A stretch of 64,000 nucleotides of DNA from Alphaproteobacteria bacterium (GTDB lineage: Bacteria > Pseudomonadota > Alphaproteobacteria > SHVV01), in contig OZ253470.1 in assembly GCA_965261735.1 (NCBI GenBank), positions 128,001 through 192,000 on the forward strand, read 5' to 3'. Numbering within the stretch: the first letter of the stretch is position 1; each line of letters begins with the position of its first letter. Position numbers and translations under genes: made by a program. Under the pieces are notes generated by a model. That model was not told where the DNA came from. It saw only the letters and a program-made list of their open reading frames with translations, and did not search any database. Below are positions 19,577 to 28,937 of the stretch, one piece after another.

Positions 19577-20344
19577 ATGTCCCGATTTCCTAGCTGGTTC
19601 AAAGCCGTGGCCTTTCTTGTGGCGGTGCTGGTCGCGGCGCTCGTTGCCCGCGCCCTGCCGCCCCTCGGCGGCGAGCCGTCGCTTTCGCAAGGCCAACGCA
19701 GCGAGGCCGTCGACGCGATTCGCGACTACCTGCTCGAGCATCCGGAGTTTCTGATCGAGGTCTCGCAGAGGCTCGAAGCGAATCAGAAAAGGCAACAAGC
19801 GGCGAAGCCGAGCGCTGCCGTCGCCGAGTATCGGCAAGCGCTGTACGAGGCCCCGGCCTCGGCGGTCGCCGGCAATCCGGACGGCGACGTCACCATCGTC
19901 GAGTTCTTCGACTACCGATGCCCGTACTGCAAGCGATCCGCACCAACGCTTGCGGCGCTGCTCGACAAGGACCCGGGCGTGCGCGTCATCTACAAGGAGT
20001 TTCCCATCCTCGGACCGGAGTCGGTCTTCGCCTCGCGCGCGGCCATCGCGGCCCGGGCACAAGGCGGCTACGTCGCCTTTCACCTCGCGCTCATGGCAGC
20101 CAAGGGAAACCTCGACGAGCGCGCGGTCATGCGCATCGCGGCCAGCTCCGGCCTCGACCTCGAGCGCCTGCGCCGCGACATGGGCGCCGCCGAGATCGGC
20201 ACGCTGATCGAAAAGAACCGCAAGTTGGCCAGGGCGGTCGGCGTCAACGGTACGCCGGGCTTCGTTATCGGCAACCGCGTGATCGCCGGCTACATCGACC
20301 TCGCCCGGCTCCAGAAAGTCATCGCCGAACTGCGCGCCGAGTAA
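19577..20344 (+). CDS. DsbA/ScsC-like thiol-disulfide oxidoreductase
   Basis: EFFDYRCPYCK, KEFPILG and GTP motifs; ATG at 19577. Confidence 0.9.
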   Translation: MSRFPSWFKAVAFLVAVLVAALVARALPPLGGEPSLSQGQRSEAVDAIRDYLLEHPEFLIEVSQRLEANQKRQQAAKPSAAVAEYRQALYEAPASAVAGNPDGDVTIVEFFDYRCPYCKRSAPTLAALLDKDPGVRVIYKEFPILGPESVFASRAAIAARAQGGYVAFHLALMAAKGNLDERAVMRIAASSGLDLERLRRDMGAAEIGTLIEKNRKLARAVGVNGTPGFVIGNRVIAGYIDLARLQKVIAELRAE

Positions 20345-20350
20345 TCAACG

Positions 20351-20985
20351 CTACTCGCGGTCGGGCTGGTTCTCAGGCGCCGCGGCGCGGAAGGCGGCGA
20401 GCTCCTGGCACGCCGCGTCGATGCGGACCAGCCTCGGGTAGGCGCCGAGGTCGCTGTCGAAGCGACGCGCTGCGGCACCAGGAAAGCATCGGCGAGGCCC
20501 GGCGTATCGCCGTGGCAGAACGTGCCGGTCTCGGCGCTGTCGGCAACCAGAGCCTCGAGCGCCTGCAGGCCGTTGGCGATCCAGTGGCGGTACCAGCGCA
20601 GCTTGTCGGCCTCGCTGTGGCCGAGATCGCCGGTCAGATAGTTCAGCACCTTGAGGTTGTTGATGGGGTGGATGTCGCAGGCCACGACCTGGGCGAGGCC
20701 GCGCACGCGGGCGCGCGCGGCCGGATCGGCGGGCAGTAGGCTGGGTAGAGGATGGCACTCCTCGAGGTATTCGATGATCGCCTGCGACTGCGTGATCACA
20801 TCGTCGTCGTCGACCAGCGCCGGCACCTGCGCCTGCGGATTGAGCCGAAGATAGCCGGGGTCGAACTGTTCGCCGCCATCGCGCGTCAGGTGGATGAAGA
20901 CCTGCTCGTAGTCGAGGTTCTTGAGGTGAAGGGCGATGCGGACTCGGTAGGCGGCGGAGGAGCGGTAGTAGCCGTAGAGCTTCAT
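20351..20985 (-). pseudogene. maiA: Maleylacetoacetate isomerase, frameshifted by a short deletion near 20470
   Basis: YYRSSAAYRVRIAL, QS-AIIEY and DIHPINN. After LVPQ the frame shifts and the native tail ARRFDSDLGAYP...PENQPD lies in another frame. Confidence 0.85.
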
Positions 20986-21011
20986 CGGACGGTCCTCGAA
21001 CGGTGGCCGCG

Positions 21012-22004
21012 TCAGTCCGCGGCCGGCGCGTAGCGCACGACGCGCTGGTCGATCGCGCCGCAGATCGAACGGCCCTCGGCGTCGACCATATCGATGCGCA
21101 CGCGGTCGCCGAACTTGAGGAACGGGGTGATGGGCGCACCCGACTCCAGAGTCTCGAGCGTCCGCCGCTCGGCCAGGCAGGACGAGCCGCGCGAGCGGTC
21201 GCGGTTCGACACCGTGCCCGAGCCGATGATGGTGCCGGCGCCGAGCGCGCGCGTCTTGGCCGCGTGGGCGATCAGCGCCGGGAAGTCGAAGGCCATATCG
21301 GCGCCGGCATCGGGACGCCCAAAGTGAGTCCCATTGAGATCGGTGCGCAGCGGCAGGCTCACCTTGGCGTCGTCCCAGGCCGGCCCGAATTCGTCCGGCG
21401 TCACCGCAGTCGGCGAAAAGGCGCTGGCCGGCTTGCTGTGCACGAAGCCGAAGCCCTTACCGAGCTCCGCCGGTATGAGGTTGCGCAGGCTTACGTCGTT
21501 GACGAGCACGATGAGCCGGATCGCGGCGGCGGCCCTCTCCCGACCGGCCCCCATCGGCACATCGCCGCAAATCACGGCGACTTCGGCCTCGAAATCGATA
21601 CCCCAGTCCTCGGATGCCGCGAGAACATCCTCGCGCGGCCCGAGGAAGCCGTCCGAGGCACCCTGATACATCAGGGGATCGGTCCGTAGTTGCTCGGGTA
21701 GCTCGGCGCCGCGGGCGCGGCGTACCAGCTCGACGTGATTGAGGTAGGCGCTGCCGTCGAGCCACTGGTAGGCGCGCGGCAAGGGCGCGGCAAGCGCAGC
21801 CGTATCTAACGCGAAGCTCTCCTGCGCACTCCCTCGCTCGAGCGATTCGGCGACCGCCGCGAGGCGGCCGGCGGCGCCCTGCCAATCGTCGAGGCACGCC
21901 TGCATCGTCGGCGCGATTTCCGGCACCGCGACGGCACGCGAGAGATCGCGGCTCACCACTACCAGACGCCCGTCGCGCCCCGCTTTCAGCGATGCGAGCT
22001 TCAC
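21012..22004 (-). CDS. Fumarylacetoacetate hydrolase family protein
   Basis: KLASL..GRDG, DFEAEVAV, NDVSLRN and GSGTVSN; located in the tyrosine catabolism operon. Confidence 0.92.
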   Translation of the reverse strand: MKLASLKAGRDGRLVVVSRDLSRAVAVPEIAPTMQACLDDWQGAAGRLAAVAESLERGSAQESFALDTAALAAPLPRAYQWLDGSAYLNHVELVRRARGAELPEQLRTDPLMYQGASDGFLGPREDVLAASEDWGIDFEAEVAVICGDVPMGAGRERAAAAIRLIVLVNDVSLRNLIPAELGKGFGFVHSKPASAFSPTAVTPDEFGPAWDDAKVSLPLRTDLNGTHFGRPDAGADMAFDFPALIAHAAKTRALGAGTIIGSGTVSNRDRSRGSSCLAERRTLETLESGAPITPFLKFGDRVRIDMVDAEGRSICGAIDQRVVRYAPAAD

Positions 22005-22006
22005 CC

Positions 22007-23146
22007 CTACTCCGCCGTGCCTTCCCGCCACGACTCCGCGTAGTCCGGGCGCTCCACCGCGATCGCCCGCGGCGACACGTCGAGCGCATCGCGGCTGTCC
22101 ATCATCACTGCGACCTCGTCAGTCTCCGTCTTGGCCTGCGCCGCCGCGGTCCCCGCCGCCAGCGCCTTGGGATGCGGCCCGTGCGGTACCCCGCTCGGGT
22201 GCAGGGTGAGCATGCCGGGGTGGATATCGTCGCGGCTGAAGAAGCTGCCGCGATGATAGAAGATGACCTCGTCGTAGTCGTCGTTGGAGTGGAAGAACGG
22301 CACCCGCAGGGCGCCGGGATCGCTCTCCAGCGGCCGCGGCACGAAGGTGCAGATGACAAACCGGCCGGCCGCGAACGTGGTGTGTACGGACGGCGGAATG
22401 TGGTAGCGGTGGCTCATCACCGGACGGATGTCGCGCCAATTGAGCCGCACCGGCAGGAGCGTGCCCTTCCATCCCACCGCATCGAGGGGGTTGAACGGAT
22501 AGGTTGCCGTGCTCAGCGCGCCGCGCCGCTTCACGACGACACGCCAGGCGGCCTCGGACTGTTGCGCGTGGAACGCATCGTCGATCGCCGGCACATCGAG
22601 CACCGCCGCATCGAAGATCGCGTGTTCGCCCACCGGCCCTTTGTCGGGTAGCCGATAGGAATCGTTGGTCGCCTCGATAAGAAGCGCGGTCACCGCCGCG
22701 CCCGGCTCGAGCCGCCACATCGTGCCGCGCGGCAGGACAACGTAATCCCCCTCGCCGAGGGACAGGTGGCCGAAGTCGCAGAACAGCTCGCCCGACCCCT
22801 CGTGCAGGAAGATCAGTTCATCGCCGTCCGCGTTGCGCACCAGGTGGTCCATGGCCGCCGAGGTGCGCCACAGGCGATACTGCAAGTGCGAATTCGCGAA
22901 CAGGGGGATTGCATCGAAGGGCGAAGCAGCCTGCTCGTTGAGCTGCGCGGTATCGAACGCGCGCGGGCGCAGCGGCCCCTCCCAAGAGGTCCAACCCGTC
23001 GGCGGATGCGCATGATAGATGTGGGTCGCGGGCCCGTAGAAGCCCTCGCGGCCGACCTCACGCTCGAAGGTGCCCTCGGGCAGGTCGGCGTGGGCCTGCC
23101 GGGACGCGGTGCCGGCGAGGCGGGGAAAGGCGATCCAGCGGCGCAC
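22007..23146 (-). CDS. hmgA: Homogentisate 1,2-dioxygenase
   Basis: RNADGDEL, PPSVH, PFFHSN-DYDE and LHPSGVPHGP motifs. Confidence 0.93.
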   Translation of the reverse strand: MRRWIAFPRLAGTASRQAHADLPEGTFEREVGREGFYGPATHIYHAHPPTGWTSWEGPLRPRAFDTAQLNEQAASPFDAIPLFANSHLQYRLWRTSAAMDHLVRNADGDELIFLHEGSGELFCDFGHLSLGEGDYVVLPRGTMWRLEPGAAVTALLIEATNDSYRLPDKGPVGEHAIFDAAVLDVPAIDDAFHAQQSEAAWRVVVKRRGALSTATYPFNPLDAVGWKGTLLPVRLNWRDIRPVMSHRYHIPPSVHTTFAAGRFVICTFVPRPLESDPGALRVPFFHSNDDYDEVIFYHRGSFFSRDDIHPGMLTLHPSGVPHGPHPKALAAGTAAAQAKTETDEVAVMMDSRDALDVSPRAIAVERPDYAESWREGTAE

Positions 23147-23154
23147 GGCTCGGC

Positions 23155-24213
23155 TCAGGAGGCCTTGATAACGCCGCGCGCGATCTGGTCGCGCTCGATC
23201 GATTCGAACAACGCCTTGAAGTTGCCCTCCCCGAATCCCTCGTTACCCTTGCGCTGGATGAGCTCGAAAAAGATCGGCCCGATCACCGTCTCGGTGAAGA
23301 TCTGCAGCAGCAACCCGCCGCCCTCGGTCGGGGCACCGTCAATGAGGATGCCATGCTCGCGAAGCTCGGCGACGTAGTGGCCGTGCCCGGGCAGGCGTTC
23401 GTCGATCGCGTCGTAGTAGGTGCCGGGCACCTCGAGAAAACGCAACCCCCGGCGCCGCAGCTCGGCGACGGTGGCGATGATGTCCTCGGTGGCGAGCGCG
23501 ATGTGCTGAATGCCCTCACCCTTGTAGAGGCGTAGGTATTCCTCGATTTGCGACTGGCTGTCGGTGGATTCGTTGATGGGGATGCGTATTTTGCCGCACG
23601 GGCTGGTCATGGCGCGGCTGATCAGGCCGGTGAGCTGTCCCTCGATGTCGAAGTAGCGGATTTCGCGGAAGTAGAAGAGGCGCTCGTAAAAGCCGGCCCA
23701 GGTGTCGAGATTGCCGCGGTAGACGTTGTGGGTGATGTGGTCGATCGTGGTCAGCCCGACGGCCGCGCTCGCATCATCCTCGGTGGCCACGAAATCGACG
23801 TCGTAGATGGTGCGCTCGCCGTAGCGGTCGACGAGATAGATGAGGCTGCCGCCGATCCCCTCGATGGCCGGAATATTGAGCTCCATCGGACCGGGGCGTC
23901 CCTCGTGCGCGGTCGCGCCGTTCTCGACGAGTTTGGCGTGGGCGGCGGCCGCGTCCGCGACCCGGAAGGTCATGGCGCACACGCCGGGACCGTGCGCCGC
24001 GGCGAAGCCGTGGGCGAAGCTGTCGGGCTCGGCATTGACGATGAAGTTAACCTCACCCTGGCGGTACAGGGTCACGTCCTTCGAGCGGTGGCGCGCGGCG
24101 ACGTGGAAGCCGAGCTGCGCGAACAGGCTGGCGAGCTGCGCCGGGTCGGGCGCCGCGTACTCCACGAACTCGAACCCGTCGGTGCCGAGCGGGTTATCGA
24201 ATAGATCTGGCAT
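23155..24213 (-). CDS. hppD: 4-hydroxyphenylpyruvate dioxygenase
   Basis: NPLGTDGFEFVE, IDHITHN, GIQHIAL, FFELIQR and GFGEGNFKALF motifs; ATG at 24213. Confidence 0.96.
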   Translation of the reverse strand: MPDLFDNPLGTDGFEFVEYAAPDPAQLASLFAQLGFHVAARHRSKDVTLYRQGEVNFIVNAEPDSFAHGFAAAHGPGVCAMTFRVADAAAAHAKLVENGATAHEGRPGPMELNIPAIEGIGGSLIYLVDRYGERTIYDVDFVATEDDASAAVGLTTIDHITHNVYRGNLDTWAGFYERLFYFREIRYFDIEGQLTGLISRAMTSPCGKIRIPINESTDSQSQIEEYLRLYKGEGIQHIALATEDIIATVAELRRRGLRFLEVPGTYYDAIDERLPGHGHYVAELREHGILIDGAPTEGGGLLLQIFTETVIGPIFFELIQRKGNEGFGEGNFKALFESIERDQIARGVIKAS

Positions 24214-24338
24214 GGCCTGCGCCTCGTCGTTATCTGGACCACCGGCGCGGGTGGACAGGCCCCCTGTCGGGCGTCCCGCGCGATGCTCCCGCGCCACACG
24301 GGTTAGATTTGCCCTGCCCCGCCGTCGGTCAATAGCGG

Positions 24339-25343
24339 CTAGATCAATCCCGCTAACGGCGAGGAGGGATCGGCGTAGGTTTTCTTCGCCATGCGGCCCG
24401 CGAGGTAGGCCAGGCGGCCGGCCTCGACCGCATGTCTCATCGCGCGCGCCATGAGCACCGGTTCCTTGGCCTCGGCGATGGCGGTGTTCATCAACACGCC
24501 GTCGCATCCGAGCTCCATGGCGATGGTCGCGTCGGACGCGGTGCCGACGCCTGCGTCGACGATCACGGGCACGCCCGCCTGCTCGATGATGATCCGGATG
24601 TTGACCGGATTCTGCACGCCGAGCCCCGAGCCGATGGGCGCCGCCAACGGCATGATGGCGCAACACCCGACCTTCTCCAGCCGCTTGGCCATGATCGGGT
24701 CGTCGCTGCAATAGACCATCACCTCGAAGCCGTCCTCGATTAGCAGCTCGGCCGCCCGCAGCGTCTCTATTATGTTGGGGTAGAGCGTCTTTTCGTCGCC
24801 CAGCACCTCGAGCTTGACGAGGTTCCAGCCGCCGGCCTCGCGCGCCAGCCGCAGCGTGCGCACCGCGTCGTCGCCGGTGTAGCACCCGGCCGTGTTCGGC
24901 AGGTAGGTGTAGGTCCTGGGGTCGAGATAGTCGACCAGCATCGGCTCGCCGGGGTTGCTGATGTTGACGCGGCGAACGGCGACCGTGACCATCTCGGCGC
25001 CCGAAGCCACGACGGCGTCGCGGTTGAGCTCGAAGCTCTCGTATTTACCGGTGCCGACGATGAGGCGCGAGCGAAACTGCCGCCCGGCCACAGTGAGTGG
25101 GGTGTCGCCTGGCGCGCCCGCGTCCGCGACATCCGGCGCCGCGCTGCCGCCGCCAATGAAATGGACGATTTCGAGCTTGTCGCCCGGACCGAGCACGGTG
25201 TTGGCGTAGATCGATCGCGGCACGATCTCAAGGTTGCGCTCCAGCGCTACCTTGCGGGCATCGATACCGAGCTCCCCGAGCAGGTCGAGAATGGTTGACG
25301 CTTCGGCGACCTCGCGCGGCTCGCCGTTGATCTCTACGCGCAT
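24339..25343 (-). CDS. thiG: Fused sulfur carrier ThiS / thiazole synthase ThiG
   Basis: ThiS domain (INGE...EIVHFIGGG) reads in frame into ThiG ([34 protein letters not shown]). Confidence 0.93.
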   Translation of the reverse strand: MRVEINGEPREVAEASTILDLLGELGIDARKVALERNLEIVPRSIYANTVLGPGDKLEIVHFIGGGSAAPDVADAGAPGDTPLTVAGRQFRSRLIVGTGKYESFELNRDAVVASGAEMVTVAVRRVNISNPGEPMLVDYLDPRTYTYLPNTAGCYTGDDAVRTLRLAREAGGWNLVKLEVLGDEKTLYPNIIETLRAAELLIEDGFEVMVYCSDDPIMAKRLEKVGCCAIMPLAAPIGSGLGVQNPVNIRIIIEQAGVPVIVDAGVGTASDATIAMELGCDGVLMNTAIAEAKEPVLMARAMRHAVEAGRLAYLAGRMAKKTYADPSSPLAGLI

Positions 25344-25500
25344 GAATCGTTCTCGGAGTGGCAACCGGCCGCCTGCGGCGCGCGTCCGCGACCGCCCGCG
25401 GACACAGCAAGTATGGGGCCGAACGTGGCCGCTTTCAACCGGCGGCCCTCATGCTATAAGGCGGGGACGGCGGCACAACCCCGAACGCGGCGCCACGGCC

Positions 25501-25953
25501 ATGACTTCTGAGGTGCTGGTCCTCAACGGGCCCAATCTAAACCTTCTCGGCACGCGCGAGCCCGACATCTACGGCCGCGAAACGCTCGCCGACATCCGCG
25601 CCCGCACCGAAGCCCGGGCGCAGGCGCTCGGGCTCACGGTCGACTTCCGCCAGAGCAATCACGAGGGCGAGCTCGTCGACTGGATCCAGGGGTCCCAAGG
25701 CTCGGCCGCCGGGATCATCATCAACGCCGCCGCCTACGCCCATACCTCGGTCGCCATCATGGACGCGCTGAGGGCGGTGGCCCTGCCCGTCGTGGAGGTG
25801 CACCTCAGCAACACCTTCGCACGCGAGCACTTTCGCCACCGCTCACATGTCAGCAGGGTCGCCAAGGGTATTATCTGCGGCTTCGGCGGCCGCGGCTATG
25901 AGCTGGCGATCGAAGCGCTGGCCGCTGAGCTCGAGGGATCGGAGGCCGACTAG
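25501..25953 (+). CDS. aroQ: Type II 3-dehydroquinate dehydratase
   Basis: [24 protein letters not shown] and EVHLSN motifs. Confidence 0.96.
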   Translation: MTSEVLVLNGPNLNLLGTREPDIYGRETLADIRARTEARAQALGLTVDFRQSNHEGELVDWIQGSQGSAAGIIINAAAYAHTSVAIMDALRAVALPVVEVHLSNTFAREHFRHRSHVSRVAKGIICGFGGRGYELAIEALAAELEGSEAD

Positions 25954-26102
25954 TACCGCGGCGTCCGTATTTTCTCCGCGTGGAAAAGTCATTTCGTTTA
26001 CAACCACTTGGTTATGCTTTCTCATAATGTAGATCGGCATTCACGAGAGCCTGCAGGCCGGTGGGTGGGCGCCGTTCCTCGCGCCTATGCGGTCCGCCCC
26101 CG

Positions 26103-26753
26103 ATGAGCGGGATCACGCCTGAGCTGCTGCTCCGTGCCTACGCAAGAGGCCTCTTCCCGATGGCCGAAGACCGCCATGAAAGGGGCGTGTTCTGGGTCGA
26201 CCCCGAGCTCCGCGGAGTTCTGCCGCTGGACGGCTTTCACGTCCCGCGCCGGCTGGCGCGCGCGGTCCGGCGCGATCCTTTCGAAGTCCGCGCCGATACC
26301 GCATTCGACAAGGTCATCAGAGCGTGTGCGGGGCCCGCGCCGGCGCGGTGGTCGAGCTGGATCAACGACGACATCATCGCGCTCTATGGCGCGCTCCACC
26401 GGATGGGGTTCGCCCACAGTGTCGAATGCTGGCGAGAGGGGCGGCTCGCCGGCGGTTTATACGGCGTCGCCCTCGGCGCGGGCTTTTTCGGCGAGAGCAT
26501 GTTCAGCGCCGAGACGGACGCCAGCAAGATCGCTCTCGTGCACCTCGTCGCCCGGCTCAGGCATGGCGGCTACGTTCTACTCGACACCCAGTTCGTGACC
26601 CGACACCTCGCGTCCTTCGGTGCCATCGAGGTACCGCGCCACGACTACCGCGAGCTGCTCGACCGTGCGCTCGAATCATCGGGCGACTTCGATGCCTTGC
26701 CTCAGGGGCTGTCCGGGGGCGCCATCCTGCAATCGATGACCCAGACGTCATAG
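26103..26753 (+). CDS. aat: Leucyl/phenylalanyl-tRNA--protein transferase
   Basis: [33 protein letters not shown] and LLDTQF motifs. Confidence 0.95.
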   Translation: MSGITPELLLRAYARGLFPMAEDRHERGVFWVDPELRGVLPLDGFHVPRRLARAVRRDPFEVRADTAFDKVIRACAGPAPARWSSWINDDIIALYGALHRMGFAHSVECWREGRLAGGLYGVALGAGFFGESMFSAETDASKIALVHLVARLRHGGYVLLDTQFVTRHLASFGAIEVPRHDYRELLDRALESSGDFDALPQGLSGGAILQSMTQTS

Positions 26754-27115
26754 ACCGGATGTTCGAGCGCGCTCAGCGCCGGGCTTGAAGCGAACATCCA
26801 GCCGCTAAAGAGGCGCGCCGGCGCTTGACCGGCCTTGAGGTCGCGAATCTCGAGGAAGGCCGCCGACTCCGGCGGCTCCTCGGGAGGCCGTCGACGGCAG
26901 GTGCGGGCTGTGATCTCCAGCGTGCCAAAACGAACGGCAACGTCGAGCGGCGCTTCGATCGGGGAGACGCGCGCCGTTACCTTGTCGAGTCCCTGAAGGA
27001 CGGCCGCGCTGCCCGTTTGATCGGCTGCGGCCGGCACTGCCACCAGCGCCGCGATGGCGGCGCTATGCGCCGCCCGCGGGAGCATTCGCCCGCGGCGTTG
27101 GCTCGGCCGTGCCAC
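26702..27115 (-). CDS. DUF2155 family protein
   Basis: [10 protein letters not shown]...[24 protein letters not shown]. Confidence 0.88.
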   Translation of the reverse strand: MARPSQRRGRMLPRAAHSAAIAALVAVPAAADQTGSAAVLQGLDKVTARVSPIEAPLDVAVRFGTLEITARTCRRRPPEEPPESAAFLEIRDLKAGQAPARLFSGWMFASSPALSALEHPVYDVWVIDCRMAPPDSP

Positions 27116-27116
27116 G

Positions 27117-27575
27117 CTATTCTTTGTCGCCGCTTTGGGCCTGACCGTAAATCAACTGACCGATCAGAGCCTCGAAGCTAACGGGCGACTGAGTGAAGCG
27201 AATGAGCCCGCCATCCTTCAGCATTTCCTCTTCGCCGCCAGGCACCAGCGCCATGTATTTGTTACCAAGGAGGCCGCTGTTGATGATTTCCGCAGATGAA
27301 TCCGTGGGCATTTGAAGCGCCGGATCGATACTCATGCGCACGACCGCGAGATAGGTCTCGGGCTCGAGGGCGTGGTCGACCACGGTGCCCACCTTGATGC
27401 CCGCAAGGCGAACGTCGCTGCCCACCGTGAGACCGTCCACCCGGTCGAACTTTGCGACCAGCTCGTAGCCGACGACCGCACCGACATCGGTGCTGGTGTA
27501 GACGAAGACCAGGAATGCGCCACCCACGACGAGCACGATAGCGCCCATCAATGTCTCGAGGAGTTTTCCGCCCAT
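27117..27575 (-). CDS. mlaD: Outer membrane lipid asymmetry protein MlaD
   Basis: N-terminal TM; MCE motifs GLTVGSDVRLAGIKVGTV and GLLGNKY. Confidence 0.9.
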   Translation of the reverse strand: MGGKLLETLMGAIVLVVGGAFLVFVYTSTDVGAVVGYELVAKFDRVDGLTVGSDVRLAGIKVGTVVDHALEPETYLAVVRMSIDPALQMPTDSSAEIINSGLLGNKYMALVPGGEEEMLKDGGLIRFTQSPVSFEALIGQLIYGQAQSGDKE

Positions 27576-27647
27576 GGCTCTCCCTCAGCCCGATCGAGAG
27601 GTCGTCAGTTCGTTCGCCGGGTCGCCCGACGTGGTGCTGCGGCCACC

Positions 27648-28028
27648 CTATGGCCGCCATGGTTCGTAGTCGCCGCCCGTGGGCGCGCGTGGGCCGCCGA
27701 GCGATATGTGCCCTGGTGGCCGGTACGCCGCCGGCGTCCCGGTCGGGTTCGGCACGTGTTCCCTTTCCCACTCCCGCGGAGCCGGGGCCTCACCGGTGGG
27801 CGGCTCGTTGGTCGTATGGTGCAGCCAGGCGTTCCATCGCGGCGGCACCTTAGACGCCTCGATCTCGCCCTCATAAAGCACCCAACGGCGAGAACCGCCC
27901 TTCTCCTCGAAGTAACGGTTGCCGAACTGGTCGGCGCCGACGAGGCGCCCCTTGCGCCACGTGAGCCATTGCGTTCCCAGCGTTTCGCCCTGCCACCAAG
28001 TCACCATTCGGCCCAGCCACGCCAGCAT
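27648..28028 (-). CDS. NADH:ubiquinone oxidoreductase subunit NDUFA12-like
   Basis: VGADQFGNRYF, RRWV-Y, VPPRWNAWLHH and PNPTGT motifs. Confidence 0.92.
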   Translation of the reverse strand: MLAWLGRMVTWWQGETLGTQWLTWRKGRLVGADQFGNRYFEEKGGSRRWVLYEGEIEASKVPPRWNAWLHHTTNEPPTGEAPAPREWEREHVPNPTGTPAAYRPPGHISLGGPRAPTGGDYEPWRP

Positions 28029-28156
28029 GCGTTGACCCTTTGCCCCAACCTCGACACCTCTGGTCGGCGACTATATGGCACTTGCCGCCAACCCCGTCCA
28101 GTGGCCAGCGCCTGGGGGCCCTCCGGGGTGGCGCGGAGGACGATGCAATTATGGAG

Positions 28157-28220
28157 TTGAAACGGGTGTAGGAATTCACTATCTTGCGCGCGCGCTAGTC
28201 CTACCTACTACATCTGGTGC
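28157..28220 (+). promoter_or_regulatory. Sigma70-like promoter overlapped by two tandem NrdR-box-like sites
   Basis: TTGAAA(28157)-N17-TATCTT(28180). ATTCACTATCTTGCGC (28174-28189) and CTACTACATCTGGTGC (28205-28220) resemble acaCwAtATaTwGtgt and are 31 bp apart. Confidence 0.65.
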
Positions 28221-28294
28221 GAGCGGTGGGGGGGAACACGAGCTCGAGGGTTTTGCGACAAGGGCAGGCGGCGAACACCCCTCGGGGAATTGCC

Positions 28295-28681
28295 GTGAGC
28301 TTGGCACTTGCCGGCTATCCCTTCAGCGGCCCGGTACCGTTGCTGCGTTGTTCGCTGCCGCGGGTAGCCGGCGTCTACGCCGTACTCGCGCGCCGGATCA
28401 GGAGCGCTCCCCTTCTGCCCCGCATGCCATTGGACCTGCTGTTCGTCGCTGAAACCGACGATCTGTCGACGCTGCGCATTCCCGGCGCCCACCCCCAATA
28501 TCGACGCTGGGTCGCGCACGCCGGGTCGGAAGGGCTGCTTCACCTAGCGGTGCACTACATGCCGAGCGCCGGACTCGCCGACCGAAGGGTCGTCGCCAGC
28601 CACGTCATCGCGACGTGCAGCCCGGACTGCCCGCTGCAAGGGCCGACGGCTCACCGGCCGAGCCCCGAGGCGGTCGCCTAG
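28295..28681 (+). CDS. Hypothetical protein, degenerate GIY-YIG-like fold
   Basis: GGGGA RBS and GTG start. GVYAV...LLFVAETDDL..LR...H pattern resembles GIY..YIG-T..L..R...H. Confidence 0.6.
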   Translation: MSLALAGYPFSGPVPLLRCSLPRVAGVYAVLARRIRSAPLLPRMPLDLLFVAETDDLSTLRIPGAHPQYRRWVAHAGSEGLLHLAVHYMPSAGLADRRVVASHVIATCSPDCPLQGPTAHRPSPEAVA

Positions 28682-28791
28682 GACACTGGGCTGAGCCCAG
28701 ACCGGCGCGGCCGCGCCCCCGCCGCATGTCGCCGCTCGACCCCACGGGACTCGCGTCAGTTTGGGTTATTTTGTGTCTTTCTCGGGCCCTG

Positions 28792-28871
28792 ACACAAAAT
28801 GTTGTTGACGATCTTTCGACGGGCCGTCTACATATTGGGGTCGCTTGAATAGGAACTACCGTATCTAGGAG
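28792..28871 (+). promoter_or_regulatory. Three tandem NrdR-box-like sites upstream of nrdJ
   Basis: ACACAAAATGTTGTTG (28792), CGTCTACATATTGGGG (28825) and CTACCGTATCTAGGAG (28856), spaced 33 and 31 bp; TTGACG at 28805. Confidence 0.7.
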
Positions 28872-28937
28872 CGACCGTGCCAAGGGGCGGCAACGACAAC
28901 GCCCCGGTTGGGGTGGTGTTTGGGGAACGGGGGGGTC

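Noticed and set aside
25344-25500. TPP riboswitch upstream of thiS-thiG
   Set aside because: The conserved CTGAGA...ACCTG core is absent and the spacer is short and shared with aroQ.
28682-28937. Cobalamin riboswitch upstream of nrdJ
   Set aside because: No convincing B12-box or conserved core was recognised; NrdR-like boxes explain the region.
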